Assembly: GCF_003334785.1 (NCBI RefSeq) | Contig: NZ_QOWV01000010.1 | DNA length: 64,000 nucleotides | Source of the DNA: Escherichia coli | Lineage (GTDB): Bacteria > Pseudomonadota > Gammaproteobacteria > Enterobacterales > Enterobacteriaceae | Reading direction: 5' to 3' (one strand) | Part shown: positions 57,559-64,000 of the stretch, one piece after another | How positions within the stretch are numbered: position 1 is the first letter of the stretch | How the letters are laid out: each line of letters opens with the position of its first letter | Notes under the pieces: model-generated | What the model was told of the DNA's origin: nothing | Database searches by the model: none | The model's input: the letters and a program-made list of their open reading frames with translations, nothing else | Program-made: the position numbers and the translations under genes

Positions 57559-57586
57559 GAAACTAATTTAAACAAAAAGAGTCTGA
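57559..57586 (+). promoter_or_regulatory. Candidate sigma-E-type promoter upstream of fkpA
   Basis: GAAACT (-35-like), a 16-nt spacer, then GTCTGA (-10-like), about 115 nt upstream of the fkpA start; fkpA is an envelope-stress regulon member. Confidence 0.35.
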
Positions 57587-57698
57587 AAATAGATGATAAT
57601 AGGGCGTGTCTGTATGTAGATTTGTTCGACAACGCTTTATAGTACCCTTCTGATAATAGTTAACCCTGGGGTGAGATGCCCCGATCCTGGAGATATGG

Positions 57699-58511
57699 AT
57701 GAAATCACTGTTTAAAGTAACACTGCTGGCGACCACAATGGCCGTTGCCCTGCATGCACCAATCACTTTTGCTGCTGAAGCTGCAAAACCTGCTACAGCT
57801 GCTGACAGCAAAGCAGCGTTCAAAAATGACGATCAGAAATCAGCTTATGCACTGGGTGCCTCGCTGGGTCGTTACATGGAAAACTCTCTAAAAGAACAAG
57901 AAAAACTGGGCATCAAACTGGATAAAGATCAGCTGATCGCTGGTGTTCAGGATGCATTTGCTGATAAGAGCAAACTCTCCGACCAAGAGATCGAACAGAC
58001 TCTACAAGCATTCGAAGCTCGCGTGAAGTCTTCTGCTCAGGCGAAGATGGAAAAAGACGCGGCTGATAACGAAGCAAAAGGTAAAGAGTACCGCGAGAAA
58101 TTTGCCAAAGAGAAAGGTGTGAAAACCTCTTCAACTGGTCTGGTTTATCAGGTAGTAGAAGCCGGTAAAGGCGAAGCACCGAAAGACAGCGATACTGTTG
58201 TAGTGAACTACAAAGGTACGCTGATCGACGGTAAAGAGTTCGACAACTCTTACACCCGTGGTGAACCGCTTTCTTTCCGTCTGGACGGTGTTATCCCGGG
58301 TTGGACAGAAGGTCTGAAGAACATCAAGAAAGGCGGTAAGATCAAACTGGTTATTCCACCAGAACTGGCTTACGGCAAAGCGGGTGTTCCGGGGATCCCA
58401 CCGAATTCTACCCTGGTGTTTGACGTAGAGCTGCTGGATGTGAAACCAGCGCCGAAGGCTGATGCAAAGCCGGAAGCTGATGCGAAAGCCGCAGATTCTG
58501 CTAAAAAATAA
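57699..58511 (+). CDS. fkpA: Periplasmic FKBP-type peptidyl-prolyl isomerase / chaperone FkpA
   Basis: 270 aa with a signal peptide, N-terminal dimerisation helices and a C-terminal FKBP domain. Confidence 0.95.
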   Translation: MKSLFKVTLLATTMAVALHAPITFAAEAAKPATAADSKAAFKNDDQKSAYALGASLGRYMENSLKEQEKLGIKLDKDQLIAGVQDAFADKSKLSDQEIEQTLQAFEARVKSSAQAKMEKDAADNEAKGKEYREKFAKEKGVKTSSTGLVYQVVEAGKGEAPKDSDTVVVNYKGTLIDGKEFDNSYTRGEPLSFRLDGVIPGWTEGLKNIKKGGKIKLVIPPELAYGKAGVPGIPPNSTLVFDVELLDVKPAPKADAKPEADAKAADSAKK

Positions 58512-58519
58512 GCATTAAG

Positions 58520-58550
58520 AACCGCCGCCTGACCAGGCGGCGGTTTTTTT
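58520..58550 (+). terminator. Rho-independent terminator downstream of fkpA
   Basis: aaccgccgcc-tgacc-aggcggcggttttttt. Confidence 0.7.
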
Positions 58551-58677
58551 ATTACAGGCCGGATATAATTAGTGCTGGAAAGCGGAACCTCCGCTGTATT
58601 AATTTAGTTACCCGCATCATTAATGAGCCTGCCCTGAAAAGTTAACGACAGGCTCCTGAAAAGGAGTGTTTTTTTTC

Positions 58678-59785
<1,108 letters not shown>

Positions 59786-59786
<1 letters not shown>

Positions 59787-60145
59787 TGAAACGAATTGCG
59801 TTTGTTTTTTCTACTGCACCTCATGGTACAGCCGCAGGCCGGGAAGGTTTAGATGCTTTACTGGCAACTTCCGCATTAACTGACGATCTGGCTGTCTTCT
59901 TTATAGCTGATGGCGTTTTTCAGCTGCTGCCAGGACAAAAGCCCGATGCAGTGCTGGCGCGTGATTACATTGCCACTTTTAAATTGTTGGGTCTGTACGA
60001 CATTGAACAGTGCTGGGTTTGTGCGGCTTCACTGCGCGAACGCGGGTTAGATCCGCAGACACCCTTTGTTGTCGAAGCCACGCCGCTCGAAGCAGATGCC
60101 TTACGCCGCGAACTCGCCAACTACGATGTTATTTTGAGGTTTTGA
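59786..60145 (+). CDS. tusC: Sulfur relay protein TusC
   Basis: 119-aa ORF; start overlaps the tusD stop. Confidence 0.9.
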
Positions 60146-60152
60146 GGCGTTT

Positions 60153-60440
60153 ATGCTGCACACATTACATCGCTCACCCTGGCTGACGGATTTTGCTGCG
60201 CTGCTGCGTCTGCTCAGTGAAGGAGACGAACTGCTATTATTGCAAGATGGCGTAACTGCCGCAGTTGACGGTAACCGCTACCTTGAAAGTCTGCGTAATG
60301 CCCCCATTAAGGTCTATGCCCTGAACGAAGACCTTATTGCCCGCGGTTTGACTGGTCAAATTTCGAACGACATCATTCTCATTGACTATACTGATTTCGT
60401 CAGACTTACGGTTAAGCACCCCAGCCAGATGGCCTGGTGA
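60153..60440 (+). CDS. tusB: Sulfur relay protein TusB
   Basis: 95-aa ORF directly upstream of the rpsL promoter. Confidence 0.9.
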   Translation: MLHTLHRSPWLTDFAALLRLLSEGDELLLLQDGVTAAVDGNRYLESLRNAPIKVYALNEDLIARGLTGQISNDIILIDYTDFVRLTVKHPSQMAW

Positions 60441-60462
60441 TGGCGGGATCGTTGTATATTTC

Positions 60463-60940
<478 letters not shown>

Positions 60941-61021
60941 TGGTTCTCCGTTAAGTAAGGCCAAACGTTTTAACTTAAATGTCAAACTAAACTCGTAGAG
61001 TTTTGGACAATCCTGAATTAA

Positions 61022-61507
<486 letters not shown>

Positions 61508-61591
61508 TCCCTTCGGAGTTTTAGTCACCAGGCGGGCGCTTCCAGTAAGCAGCCCGCTTTGGGCTACTTAAATTGAACGCCTAAAAGATAA

Positions 61592-63718
<2,127 letters not shown>

Positions 63719-63731
63719 GCCTAAGGGTTAA

Positions 63732-64000
<269 letters not shown>

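Overview
This window reads as a contiguous, well-conserved stretch of the Escherichia coli core chromosome, running from the 3' end of envZ to the start of tufA, in reverse orientation relative to the usual K-12 map. I could not find a novel or inserted system in it. Gene order, by protein identity from the six-frame translations and by synteny, is: envZ (partial), pckA, yhgE, hslO-hslR-yrfG-igaA, nudE, mrcA, hofMNOPQ, aroK-aroB-damX-dam-rpe-gph-trpS, yhfZ-yhfY-yhfX-yhfW-php-yhfU-yhfT-yhfS, frlRDCBA, yhfL, cysG-nirC-nirD-nirB, tsgA, ppiA, yhfG-fic-pabA, argD, yhfK, crp, yhfA, prkB, yheU-yheT-yheS, kefG-kefB, yheV, slyD, slyX, fkpA, yheO-tusDCB, rpsL-rpsG-fusA and tufA (partial). There are no tRNA or rRNA genes, CRISPR arrays, integrases, transposases or phage genes. 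Intergenic regions carry REP/BIME-type palindromic repeats, rho-independent terminator hairpins and recognisable promoter elements (FNR and NarL/NarP sites at nirB, the rpsL promoter). The short 156-codon rpsG suggests a non-K-12 E. coli or Shigella background. The most worthwhile leads are conserved but poorly characterised loci rather than new DNA: the yhfZ-yhfS operon of unknown substrate, the cryptic hof pilus/DNA-uptake cluster, and the yhfG-fic module with a non-canonical Fic motif. Gene calls rest on recall of known E. coli proteins and motifs, not on a database search; starts were adjusted where the ORF track over-extends.
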